A DNA stretch of 64,000 nt from an uncultured Chloroflexia bacterium. GTDB lineage: Bacteria > Chloroflexota > Anaerolineae > Anaerolineales > UBA4823. Positions 1 through 9,314 of the stretch are shown here, piece after piece. The notes under the pieces are model-generated. The model was not told the origin of the DNA, did no database searches, and worked only from the letters and a program-made list of their open reading frames with translations. The stretch spans positions 10,644 through 74,643 of the forward strand of contig CAWBYY010000008.1 of the NCBI GenBank assembly GCA_963793095.1, given 5' to 3'. The translations under genes were made by a program, and so were the position numbers. Each line of letters opens with the position of its first letter. The first letter of the stretch is position 1.

Positions 1-60
1 CTGGGCGCCCTGATTTTTATCCTGCTGATGGCCTCGGTCGGTGCCAGGTGGAAACCATGA
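1..60 (+). CDS. 3' end of an ABC permease (probably FecCD/BtuC-type), partial
   Basis: Frame 1 reads LGALIFILLMASVGARWKP* (hydrophobic). Its TGA overlaps the ATG of the ATPase (ATGA at 57-60). Confidence 0.6.
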   Translation: MGALIFILLMASVGARWKP

Positions 61-836
61 CCGATGCGCTGATTTCAATCCGGGACCTGGAGTTTTCCTA
101 CAACGGCGACCACCGCAAGGTCCTTCAGGGGTTAAGCCTGGACCTGCCGGCTGGCTCGATCACCGCCATTCTGGGACCGAATGGGGCTGGAAAATCGACT
201 CTGGTGCATATCCTGCTGGGGATCCTTAAACCCGCTGGAGGCCAAATATCAATCCTCGGAAAGAGCATCCAGGTATACACCCGGCGCGAACTCAGCCACC
301 TGATCGCTTTTGTACCCCAGAGCGAGTATACCGCCTTCGATTTCAGCGTAATTGATTATGTATTGATGGGGCGCGCCCCCCACATCGGGATGCTGCAGAT
401 GCCGACCAAAAAGGACATCGAGCGCACCCTGGAGCAGCTCGAGAACCTCGGCCTGACCCACCTGGCACGGCGTTCTGTGCTCGAACTGAGCGGGGGTGAG
501 CACCAGCTAGTCCTGATCGCCCGGGCCCTGGTTCAGGAGCCGCAGATGCTGCTCCTGGACGAGCCCACCACCCATCTCGACCTGAGCAACCAGGGGCGGA
601 TCCTCAATACCCTCACCAGGCTGGCAGAAGCGGGCACAACGGTTGTGTATACCACTCACGACCCGGACTCAGCCGCCAGGACCGCCCAGTACCTGGTGCT
701 GATGCGGGAGGGACAGGTGCTTTCAAGCGGTGAGGTAGGACCGGTGCTCACCGCCCAGAACCTTACCCGGACCTACGGGGTACCGGTGAGGGTGGTTCAG
801 GTCGACGGGTATCCGTTCGTTTTGTTGGAATCGTAA
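57..836 (+). CDS. ABC transporter ATP-binding protein, iron-siderophore/cobalamin (FecE/BtuD-like) type
   Basis: Walker A GPNGAGKST, signature LSGGE, Walker B LLLDEPT, H-loop TTHD; GRAPH motif typical of the FecE family. Confidence 0.92.
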   Translation: MTDALISIRDLEFSYNGDHRKVLQGLSLDLPAGSITAILGPNGAGKSTLVHILLGILKPAGGQISILGKSIQVYTRRELSHLIAFVPQSEYTAFDFSVIDYVLMGRAPHIGMLQMPTKKDIERTLEQLENLGLTHLARRSVLELSGGEHQLVLIARALVQEPQMLLLDEPTTHLDLSNQGRILNTLTRLAEAGTTVVYTTHDPDSAARTAQYLVLMREGQVLSSGEVGPVLTAQNLTRTYGVPVRVVQVDGYPFVLLES

Positions 837-841
837 CTAGG

Positions 842-1387
842 ATGTTTGGTAAAGGTAAAATTTATCTTGTCAGCGGGGAAATTGAAAGCGGAAAAACCAG
901 GTTCTGCCGGGACGCGGCGGATTACTTAAAGGAAAAGGGCTGGGATACAGCCGGTCTGCTTGCCCCGGCGGTCTTTGAGGGTGGCCGCAAGACCGCCATC
1001 GAAGCTCTTGATCTGCGCAGCGGGGAGCGCCGCCGCCTGGCGGAATTGAACGAACCCAACAGGACCCCGAGCAGCATCCAAACCAAACGCTGGCGGTTCA
1101 TCCCGGAAACATTGCGCTGGTGCAACCAGGTGCTGGAATCTGCAGCGCCTTGCGACCTGCTGGTAGTCGATGAACTGGGGCCGCTTGAACTGGAGCGAAA
1201 TGAGGGCATGCTGGCTGGCTTTAAGGCGATTGATTCGGGTCTGTACCGGGTATCACTGGCCGTTGTGCGCCCCTCTCTGCTGCACAAAGCGTTCGTGCGC
1301 TGGCCCGGGGTGGAGGTGGTTAAGATCAGTGAACTGAACGATGCTTCGATGTCAGAAAATGAGTGGCTGAGACGTTTGATCAGGTAA
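842..1387 (+). CDS. P-loop NTPase (NTPase_1/THEP1, DUF2478-like)
   Basis: GEIESGKT Walker A and VVDELGPLE Walker B-like motif. Confidence 0.8.
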   Translation: MFGKGKIYLVSGEIESGKTRFCRDAADYLKEKGWDTAGLLAPAVFEGGRKTAIEALDLRSGERRRLAELNEPNRTPSSIQTKRWRFIPETLRWCNQVLESAAPCDLLVVDELGPLELERNEGMLAGFKAIDSGLYRVSLAVVRPSLLHKAFVRWPGVEVVKISELNDASMSENEWLRRLIR

Positions 1388-1626
1388 TTCAATAATCCAA
1401 ACTCACTCGTATGCTGCACTGTCGTTTCCCTTATTTTTCAATGGCGGGTTGTTATTTCCAGACCGGTTTCGACAATCCCCTTTTTGCTTATATAATATAA
1501 ATACCGCATGAAGTCACATGGAGAAGACACTTTATCCCATGAGTCAGGTAGATAGGATTTCCAATAGGGAACCTCAGATTAAAAAGACCTTCGAATGTGC
1601 TTCTTATTGAAATGGATATATCATTC

Positions 1627-2030
1627 GAATTTCAGTAATCTATCACAGATGGGCTACCAGAACCAGTAATGGTAATAAGTCTGGATTACCGGGTAATGCT
1701 GATGAACAAAGCCGCCCACCAATTTTTCGCAGAAAGGAAGGAATTTCAGGGTCCGGTATTTTGTTACCAGATGTCGCATATTCGGGATAATCCCTGTACG
1801 GAGATCCATCACCCTTGCCCAATAAAGGAAGTGCGAAAAACTGGCCGACCTGCGCGAGTCCTGCACCAGCACTTCAGCGCTTCTGGTAAAACGAGATCTG
1901 TTGAAGTCTTGGCCTCACCATTATGGGGTCTGGAGGGTGAATAAATCGGAATTATCGAATTGATACGAGACGTAACGAATCAAATTAAGGAAGAAAAGGA
2001 ACTGATAGACTGTAACAAAAAAATGCAGTC
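1627..2030 (+). pseudogene. Decayed PAS-domain sensor gene fragment
   Basis: One frame reads EFQ*SITDGLPEPVMVISLDYRVMLMNKAA...CYQMSH...CP...VLASPLWGLEGE*IGIIELIRDVT. This is a PAS/PAC pattern broken by in-frame TAA stops at about 1636 and 1942. Confidence 0.7.
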
Positions 2031-2301
2031 GCTCAGTATTCAATACTTAGCGCTCCATTACCCTAAACAGACAAAAGCACATATCAACTCACCCTATCAA
2101 CTCTTCATAAAGAACTGGTTTCTGAGATTTTTGAAAGCGAATGGAGCGGAGGTTATGCGTTGAAATTACACCAAACTGTTCAGTTAGCCATGGAAACCTT
2201 TTGAAGAGGCATTTTGGGTCTTAAATGGAAAGTCAAACAACCATCAATTATTACCTGACGCTCACAGGTACATTTTATAGCGACTTATTAAGGTATAGCA
2301 A

Positions 2302-2871
2302 ATGCGAAAATTAATACTGGTGTCACTGTTGATCCTTATTTTCTTTGTGTGTTTGGGGCTGGTGGGCGGTACCCTGTTTTTTCTGGCTGAGAATCAAGGG
2401 TTTCTATCCAGGTGGGAGGGATTGGGAGTGACTCCTGAGAAGTCTGTGGAGATTGTTACGGGAGACATCAATACGGTATACGTCAGGACTGATTCCGGCA
2501 GTATTTACGGATGCAGACATGAGGAAAAGGATGTTTCGCAATCTTGCTGGTTCAAAGCATCGCCCCCGCTCGATGTTGATCCTGAGACTGTATTTGACAG
2601 CCCTCTGTACGATGGTGCGCCCGAACCGCCAAACAACTCGATCCTTGACGACCTGGATGCGACCATCTGGTATGCGGATGCGGCATTCGAAACGCGGTAT
2701 GCCCTGGATGCAGATAGTATGGTTTGGAAGTGGGAATACGACCGGAACTGGCTGGATATCTTCACATGTTTTCTCGGCCCCCTGGTAGGAGCCGCGGTTG
2801 GGCTCCTGTTGGCGATTGGTTTGTGGTTTTTTGTATGGATAAGCCAACTCTTACGCCGCAGAGAGGTTTAA
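2302..2871 (+). CDS. Hypothetical membrane protein (N- and C-terminal TM helices)
   Basis: 189-aa ORF with hydrophobic segments at both ends. Confidence 0.7.
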   Translation: MRKLILVSLLILIFFVCLGLVGGTLFFLAENQGFLSRWEGLGVTPEKSVEIVTGDINTVYVRTDSGSIYGCRHEEKDVSQSCWFKASPPLDVDPETVFDSPLYDGAPEPPNNSILDDLDATIWYADAAFETRYALDADSMVWKWEYDRNWLDIFTCFLGPLVGAAVGLLLAIGLWFFVWISQLLRRREV

Positions 2872-3028
2872 GAACTCTTAGAAAATTGGACAATAAGGTC
2901 ATATTGTGGCAGAAATCGCAGAATCATTCCGGGACAGTTTTTATATCCGAGAAAAATGTAAACGGACAGGTGTTAGTTCTGCCAGGTGAACGCCAGGTTA
3001 ATTACTATGATAAACCAGAGGTAATTCG

Positions 3029-3445
3029 TTGAAACCCTTATCAGAACAGCATTTCGAGGAATGGATGGTCAGGTACGGTAAAGCCAGCGCAGAAAATGAT
3101 GCGAAAGCCTCGTCCGAATTGTTCGCATCGGACGCCGAATATTATGAAACGCCATTTAAGGAGCCGTTAGTCGGGAAGGATGCCATTTACCAATACTGGA
3201 ATGAGGGTGCAAATAGATTGAAAGACAAGGAATCCACTTTTAAGATAATAGCTATGAAAGACAATCTTGGAATTGCAAGATGGCAGTCGAAATTCACTGT
3301 AATCCAAACAGGCAGAAGGGTGGCTCTGGATTGTATATTCCTTGTGGAGTTTGATGAGCATAAAAAATGTAAGGTTTTTCGTGAGTGGTGGCATCTTATG
3401 GATATTAATCAGGAGAGACCAGCGATTATTGAAAAGGAGCAATAA
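3029..3445 (+). CDS. SnoaL/NTF2-like family protein
   Basis: LFASDAEYYETPF...G.DAI..YW and C-terminal CKVFREWWH pattern. Confidence 0.8.
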   Translation: MKPLSEQHFEEWMVRYGKASAENDAKASSELFASDAEYYETPFKEPLVGKDAIYQYWNEGANRLKDKESTFKIIAMKDNLGIARWQSKFTVIQTGRRVALDCIFLVEFDEHKKCKVFREWWHLMDINQERPAIIEKEQ

Positions 3446-3763
3446 AATTGGAAGACAGGAGCGCGAAAAAAGGTACCTATGGCTGTTATTATTTTCTGCA
3501 GCAGTTATTTCTGGGGGTTGCTTTCGTAATTAAGTTTGATTAAATGACGATCAAAAGAATAATGTTTGATAATGGTTCTGAATTGATTTTTTAAAGCAAA
3601 TAGATACCAAACAACTTTAAATCTATATCAAATAATCGGAGGAGGTTGAAAAGATTCGAAATTGTTACTTATACTGGTTTCCACCAGCTATGGAAAATAT
3701 CAAGGCATTGTTCATAACAGGATTAAAAATAAAGAACCTACTTATTAGATCGAGGGGGAACGA

Positions 3764-3944
3764 AATGGATATTAAAAGGATAATTATTATGCTGGCACAT
3801 ACCTTGGTCGGAGGGGCGCTTTGCGGTGCTTCGATGGGAATTGGTATGGCAACGATATCTCTATATGTTTGTCATCCCAGCCGCTACCTGGATTCCATTT
3901 ACACTGATATTCTTTTCAACCTATCTGACCGGGGAAGATGTTGA
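3764..3944 (+). pseudogene. Probable truncated membrane protein fragment
   Basis: A good RBS precedes MDIKRIIIMLAHTLVGGALCGASMGIGMATISL; the reading then becomes uninformative and short. Confidence 0.4.
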
Positions 3945-4038
3945 GAGAAAAACTGAATACCAGGAAGGGTTATCCGAGTAATACTTGAATCCAATATAAC
4001 CAATTATTAAATGAAGGGAAAAGACAAGGGTTTTGAAG

Positions 4039-4284
4039 ATGAATAATATCTCCACAAATAAGAGGGGGTACTTTTTTGCTGCACTTGCAGGCGCGATTGG
4101 AGGCGGGCTGACAGTGGCTATCGTTACAAAAGCTTTACCGAAGATGATGCAGGCCATGATGAAGAATATGATGGCAACAATGGCGGAATCCGGGTGCGAT
4201 CCCGGAGATATATGACAGCAGATTATGGCAGGCTTCGGCGAAGCCCGGGATAACAAGTCCATCTCACGCGAGGGCAGCACTTAA
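4039..4284 (+). CDS. Small membrane-anchored Met-rich protein, candidate selenoprotein (TGA at 4213-4215 read as Sec)
   Basis: TM segment YFFAALAGAIGGGLTVAIV, then a Met-rich helix and GCDPGDI-TGA-QQIMAGFGEA...TAA at 4284. A hairpin lies at 4231-4245. Confidence 0.6.
4231..4245 (+). other. SECIS-like hairpin GGCTTC-GGC-GAAGCC
   Basis: Perfect 6-bp stem whose loop starts with G, 21 nt downstream of the TGA. Confidence 0.5.
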
Positions 4285-4361
4285 AACTTAAGGGCACTTA
4301 CCAGAGAATCAAGGGGGAAAATCGTGCTGGGAATGTGACAGAATTTTGATTTATAAGGGGA

Positions 4362-5582
4362 GTGGGGATGAAAAACATAATGAAGAAAGTACTCCTGCTG
4401 GGAGCCGGATTTATTGCTATCACCCTGATTTTGTACCTGATAGCGGGCTCCCTGGTATATCCCCCCGAGTATATAAGAAGGGCGATACTGTGGGGGGAGT
4501 CGGATGTATATGATTACCAGAAATTTCCTGAACGCAAAATAGAACCGGGTGATGACCCATTCAAGTTTGAGATCAATTATGAGGATGAGTCAGTTCAAGC
4601 CTTTTTTGAAGCTGATCCTAAAATCGATGACCTGGATTCGTTTCTTGCCGAGACTAAAACACAAGCTTTTCTTGTAATCCATAATGACCGGATTATATAC
4701 GAAAGGTATTTCAATGGTGTAAAGCGCGATTCGATCGTCACTTCCTTCTCAGTCGCCAAATCTTTCACTTCCGCACTGGTGGGGATCGCCATCCATGAAG
4801 GTTATATCGGCAGTGTTGAAGACCCGATTACCCTTTATCTTCCGGAGCTTGAAGAGAGGGATGTGCGGTTTAAAAACATAACCATCCGTGATTTGTTGAT
4901 GATGGCTTCTGGGATAAATTATTCAGATGTGGTCCCTTTGCTGCATGACGATGGGGCCAAGACTTATTATTACCCGGATCTTCGAGATATCGCTCTCCAC
5001 GGAACACACATTGCTGGCCATCCTGGAGAACATTTCCTGTACAACAATTACCACCCGCTCCTGCTGGGGATGATCCTGGAGCGATCGACGGGAATGACAG
5101 TGGCTGGTTATCTGGAGCAGAAAATATGGAAGCCGGTTGGGATGGAATATGCAGGTTCCTGGAGTCTGGACAACCCGGAGAGCGGCTTTGAAAAAATGGA
5201 AAGCGGCATCAATGCACGCGCAGTTGATTTCGCCAAGCTTGGACGCTTGTTTCTAAATCAGGGGGTATGGAATGGCAGTGATGTCATCCCAACTGCCTGG
5301 ATTACCGAGTCGACGGAGGAGGATAAGTCGATCCAACGGGAAAATTATTATCCCGCGGACGAATTTTTCACGAAAGCAGAAGGGTATTACAAATATATGT
5401 GGTGGGGATTACCACGTTCCGGGGGCGTGTATGATTATTCCGCGGCAGGAAAATACGGACAATTCATCTACGTCTCGCCCGAGGCGAATTTAATCATCGT
5501 TCGGAACGGAGAAAAATACGGAATTGAATTTGCAGATTGGTTACAGGTTTTTTACCGGTTTGCCAGCAGTATCGCGAAATGA
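4362..5582 (+). CDS. Serine hydrolase, beta-lactamase (class C / AmpC-like) family
   Basis: SFSVAKS (SxxK), FLYNN (YxN) and LLMMASG motifs, with an N-terminal TM/signal segment. Confidence 0.9.
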   Translation: MGMKNIMKKVLLLGAGFIAITLILYLIAGSLVYPPEYIRRAILWGESDVYDYQKFPERKIEPGDDPFKFEINYEDESVQAFFEADPKIDDLDSFLAETKTQAFLVIHNDRIIYERYFNGVKRDSIVTSFSVAKSFTSALVGIAIHEGYIGSVEDPITLYLPELEERDVRFKNITIRDLLMMASGINYSDVVPLLHDDGAKTYYYPDLRDIALHGTHIAGHPGEHFLYNNYHPLLLGMILERSTGMTVAGYLEQKIWKPVGMEYAGSWSLDNPESGFEKMESGINARAVDFAKLGRLFLNQGVWNGSDVIPTAWITESTEEDKSIQRENYYPADEFFTKAEGYYKYMWWGLPRSGGVYDYSAAGKYGQFIYVSPEANLIIVRNGEKYGIEFADWLQVFYRFASSIAK

Positions 5583-5647
5583 CCTGAAGATAACATAATA
5601 ATTATATTCTGGTGAAAGCCCGTTTCATTATCGGGAGGGTATACAGA

Positions 5648-6253
5648 ATGAGTACAAAACAAAAGGTTGTAATCTTCTCGCCAATTTTTGTAATGGGCAC
5701 AATGTATCCTGTGTTCCAATTGCTTTCGGCAAGTGTCGGAGAAAGGTTAGGCTGGTATCTTGGACTGGTCATTTACTGGATATTCTGGGGAGGGTTATTT
5801 TCGTGGTTTATACTCGGTCCGGAAACGATAATCAGAATTATCAAACCGCAGAGGATAAATTTAAGGCTGTTTGTTCTGGTGATCCTACCGATTATCCTTG
5901 CAGGGATTTTCAAGTTCATCACTGGAAGCAACTACGAAATATCGGATTTCTGGGTAGCTCTGATGCTGGTTTCAACAACCATTGGGAACGGCTTCTTTGA
6001 AGAGTTACTTTGGCGGGGGGTCTATATGGTTCAATTTCCGTTTAATTTATTCTTCAGGATTGTTTGGGCGAGTGTCTGGTTTGGGTTATGGCATTACGTG
6101 CCCGGTACGGTTTCTTCCAACAGCAATGCCGCTGGATTGATCATCGGGTCAACACTGTTCGGATTTTATCTGAGCTACCTGGCAAACAGGACCGGCACGA
6201 TCTGGTGGTCGATCATTGCGCATGTCCTTGGGGGGCTGGTCATGGTTCTTTAG
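5648..6253 (+). CDS. CPBP (CAAX/Abi) family intramembrane glutamic metalloprotease
   Basis: EELLWRG, FGLWH and IIAH motifs; multiple TM helices. Confidence 0.88.
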   Translation: MSTKQKVVIFSPIFVMGTMYPVFQLLSASVGERLGWYLGLVIYWIFWGGLFSWFILGPETIIRIIKPQRINLRLFVLVILPIILAGIFKFITGSNYEISDFWVALMLVSTTIGNGFFEELLWRGVYMVQFPFNLFFRIVWASVWFGLWHYVPGTVSSNSNAAGLIIGSTLFGFYLSYLANRTGTIWWSIIAHVLGGLVMVL

Positions 6254-6352
6254 CCGGATAATTTTTCTGGTCTGGTTGATTTTTTATATTGGATTTCTAA
6301 TAGATTTTTAAGTGTTGTTTTGCCGCCCGGTTGTGAGATAATATTCCTTCAT

Positions 6353-7987
6353 ATGGACATACTGGATCAATTTGCTAAAACGCTTGACCCAGCAGATCCC
6401 AGGACGATCACCCGGGTCCGGGAATACATGGAATGGCAGGCTGGCAGAGTGAGCGATTTTGTGCCCACCAACGACGATGACGTCCACCTGCGGACCTATA
6501 TGCTGGAATTAAAACACCGCAGACTTGACCAGGCAGCCCAGCGCAGACATTTAAATTCTCTGAACCGGTTCTATGGGTGGGCGAAAAAAGAAGGGTTGAT
6601 TAACTACACCCCGGACTATTATTACAGAATCGAAAGGCCTGCTTTAAGCCAGGAACAAGTCCGCCGCAGGGAAGAAATTTTCCAGGGAACCGAAGAACAG
6701 CGCGAGATTGCCAGGCTGAATGTGCTGAACAAACTGGCTGTTGAACTCAACCGGTCAAATGAAATTCAAGAGACCCTGGATAAAAGCCTGGAGGCTCTGG
6801 TGTCCGCCCTGGGCTTAAAAACCGCCTGGGTGTTCTTGCTGCCGGGAGCAGGTTCGAAAATCCAATCAGACAAGAAACCGCCCCACGATTTTTGGCTGGC
6901 TTCCAGGCTGGAACTGCCGCCAGGTCTGGAAAGGGAAGGCTGCAAATACCTGACCCAGCCCGGGGACTGCCAGTGCCAGGCGATTATGCGGGCAGGGCAG
7001 ATGAGCCGGGCGGTAAACATCGTAGAATGCAGCCGGCTGGTGGACTCAGCTGAAGCGGATGGCGACAACCAGGGCCTGCTGTTTCATGCCAGCGTCCCGA
7101 TCATCAGCGGGGGCCAGACGCTTGGAATGATCAACGTCGCGACAGAGGAATGGCAGTTCCTCACCGCTTCAGACCTGAAAGTACTCTCCACGATCGGGGC
7201 CCAGCTGGCAGTAGCGCTGGAACGCAGCCGTTTATACGAAGAAATCAACCGCCAGCGGGAACGAATGGAAGGCGAACTGAAGTTAGCCCACGTGGTCCAG
7301 ACCAACTTGCTTCCGGAGCGCATCCCGGAGATACCGGGTTACAGCCTGGCTGCTGACTGGTGCGCCGCTCGCGAGATGGCGGGCGATTTTTACGATATAT
7401 TTAAACTGCCGGGCGACCGCTGGGGGATTATCGTGGCGGATGTCAGCGACAAAGGCGCACCGGCTGCCATGTATATGGCGATGACCCACGGTTTAATCCG
7501 CTCCCAGACTGAAATCAACTCAAATCCGGCTGATACGCTGAAAGTGGTCAACCGCCATCTCAACGCTTATTCCAGTTCCAACATGTTTGTGAGCCTGTTC
7601 TACGCTGTACTGGATGTTAAGAGGAGCATGCTGATCTATGCCAGCGCCGGGCACGACCCGCCTATAATGCGCCGGAAAACGGGGGAAGTGGAGTTGATCA
7701 AACCAACCGGCCCGGTACTCGGTGTATTTGAGGAAATAGAATTGCTGTATGAATCGATATCACTTTCCGCTGGCGATACTATCTATATCTACACGGACGG
7801 CGTGACGGATGCCTTAAACGAATTGGGTGAGGAGTATGGGATAGAACATTTGAAGGAAATTATCAAGGAACTACCGGTTGCCAATGCTAGGGAGCAGATG
7901 AAGATGATAAAAAAGGAGCGGGAACACTTTATTGGAAATGCGCCTTCATTCGACGACATCACCTGTTTTATTCTTTCCCGTGAATGA
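6353..7987 (+). CDS. SpoIIE/PP2C (RsbU-like) phosphatase with GAF domain and N-terminal integrase core-binding (SAM-like) domain
   Basis: C-terminal GDFYD, ADVSDKG, ASAGH, YTDGVTD and DDIT motifs; central GAF (HASVPI...LGMINVA); N-terminal LRTYMLEL...RRHLNSLNRFYGWAKKEGLI. Confidence 0.9.
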   Translation: MDILDQFAKTLDPADPRTITRVREYMEWQAGRVSDFVPTNDDDVHLRTYMLELKHRRLDQAAQRRHLNSLNRFYGWAKKEGLINYTPDYYYRIERPALSQEQVRRREEIFQGTEEQREIARLNVLNKLAVELNRSNEIQETLDKSLEALVSALGLKTAWVFLLPGAGSKIQSDKKPPHDFWLASRLELPPGLEREGCKYLTQPGDCQCQAIMRAGQMSRAVNIVECSRLVDSAEADGDNQGLLFHASVPIISGGQTLGMINVATEEWQFLTASDLKVLSTIGAQLAVALERSRLYEEINRQRERMEGELKLAHVVQTNLLPERIPEIPGYSLAADWCAAREMAGDFYDIFKLPGDRWGIIVADVSDKGAPAAMYMAMTHGLIRSQTEINSNPADTLKVVNRHLNAYSSSNMFVSLFYAVLDVKRSMLIYASAGHDPPIMRRKTGEVELIKPTGPVLGVFEEIELLYESISLSAGDTIYIYTDGVTDALNELGEEYGIEHLKEIIKELPVANAREQMKMIKKEREHFIGNAPSFDDITCFILSRE

Positions 7988-8248
7988 CCTGCGCTAATAA
8001 TCTTGATCCAGTATCTATTTCTTGACATACGTTAACGGATAACTGGAGAATTAACTGTCTGTGGAGTACAGGAAACCCTGGAAAAGAAAATCATAACCAT
8101 TGTACGAAACCAGACAGGCTTATCCGGAAAACAGCCAGCAAGCCGGGAATCTGGAGCGCAATCTTATGTGCTGATCTCGGCTACGGCGAGCGTATTTCAG
8201 GAGAATCTGGCGAAAAAAAGACCATAAAAAAATAATCCGATTAATTAA

Positions 8249-8842
8249 ATGAAGGAGGAAGACATGTCACGATTCCTGATCGCATCCCGGTATCTTGTTA
8301 TTGTCCCAATCCTTGGCCTGGTAATTGCAGCATCGTTCTTCTTTATTCTCGGCGGGTACGGACTGATAAAATTGTTGTTTGATTTATTTGTTGGAGCGCT
8401 CGACCTCGCTGGACAGGAGAGTGCCCCAATAGAACGCGGACTGATCATCTTTGAGGTGGTTGAATTTGTGCACACCTTCCTGGTAGGCACTGTGCTTTTT
8501 ATCACCGCTATAGGACTGTACCAGTTATTCATCAAGGAAATTGATTTTCCGGATTGGCTGAAGATAGACAGCATTGAAGAATTGGAGGTCAATTTGATTG
8601 GGGTTACTGTGGTTGTGCTGGCGGTAAATTTTATGGGTGCGGTGTTCATTGGTGGAAGAGAGAACTTCCTGGAATTTGGGGCTGGGATTGGTTTGGTTAT
8701 CGCAGCTCTGGCTCTTTTTGTTGGCCTGCGGGCATGGTCTTCAAAAATGAATAAAGAAACAGAATCCATCCGGAAGGACAGTCATCAAAAATTAGAAAAT
8801 CAAACCGTATCCGGCGAAAAACAGAATAATACGGGAGAATGA
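8249..8842 (+). CDS. YqhA (UPF0114) family membrane protein
   Basis: GLYQLFI...P.WLKIDSIEEL motif and four TM helices. Confidence 0.85.
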   Translation: MKEEDMSRFLIASRYLVIVPILGLVIAASFFFILGGYGLIKLLFDLFVGALDLAGQESAPIERGLIIFEVVEFVHTFLVGTVLFITAIGLYQLFIKEIDFPDWLKIDSIEELEVNLIGVTVVVLAVNFMGAVFIGGRENFLEFGAGIGLVIAALALFVGLRAWSSKMNKETESIRKDSHQKLENQTVSGEKQNNTGE

Positions 8843-8848
8843 AACCAA

Positions 8849-9247
8849 ATGGAATCAAAAAACCAATCTAACAAGACACCTGTTGAGCCCCCCAAATCCC
8901 GGAAACATCATCCCCTGTATAAAGCCCTTTTCCTGGATGTTCTGTTCGACAGGCGCACCCGCCCAATTTTTATTTATGCGGCAGTAATGCTGGTAATTGG
9001 TGCAGCGCTGTTTCATTTCCTGGAGGGCTGGACCTGGCTGGATTCTTTTTATTTTGTTGTAATCACACTGACGACGATCGGATACGGCGATTTTGTTCCA
9101 ACCATGCCGGTGACCAAACTGATCACAATTTTTTACGGGCTGAACGGTATCATCATGCTGTTGATGCTTTTTGATGTGATCCGGACCTTACGCGGCTGGG
9201 AGATTAATTCACCATCACGGGAAGCGGTTGAAGACAACCAGGATTAA
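8849..9247 (+). CDS. Minimal 2-TM potassium channel (Ion_trans_2)
   Basis: [17 protein letters not shown] selectivity filter. Confidence 0.9.
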   Translation: MESKNQSNKTPVEPPKSRKHHPLYKALFLDVLFDRRTRPIFIYAAVMLVIGAALFHFLEGWTWLDSFYFVVITLTTIGYGDFVPTMPVTKLITIFYGLNGIIMLLMLFDVIRTLRGWEINSPSREAVEDNQD

Positions 9248-9314
9248 AGTCCTGGCAGGCTGCTGGAAAAATAAATAATTCAACAAATAATCTTTTGAAA
9301 AACAGGCAAAGAAA

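Noticed and set aside
6353-6640. Integrase or prophage remnant as a mobile element
   Set aside because: There is no catalytic domain, att site or phage gene, and the segment is in frame with an intact phosphatase.
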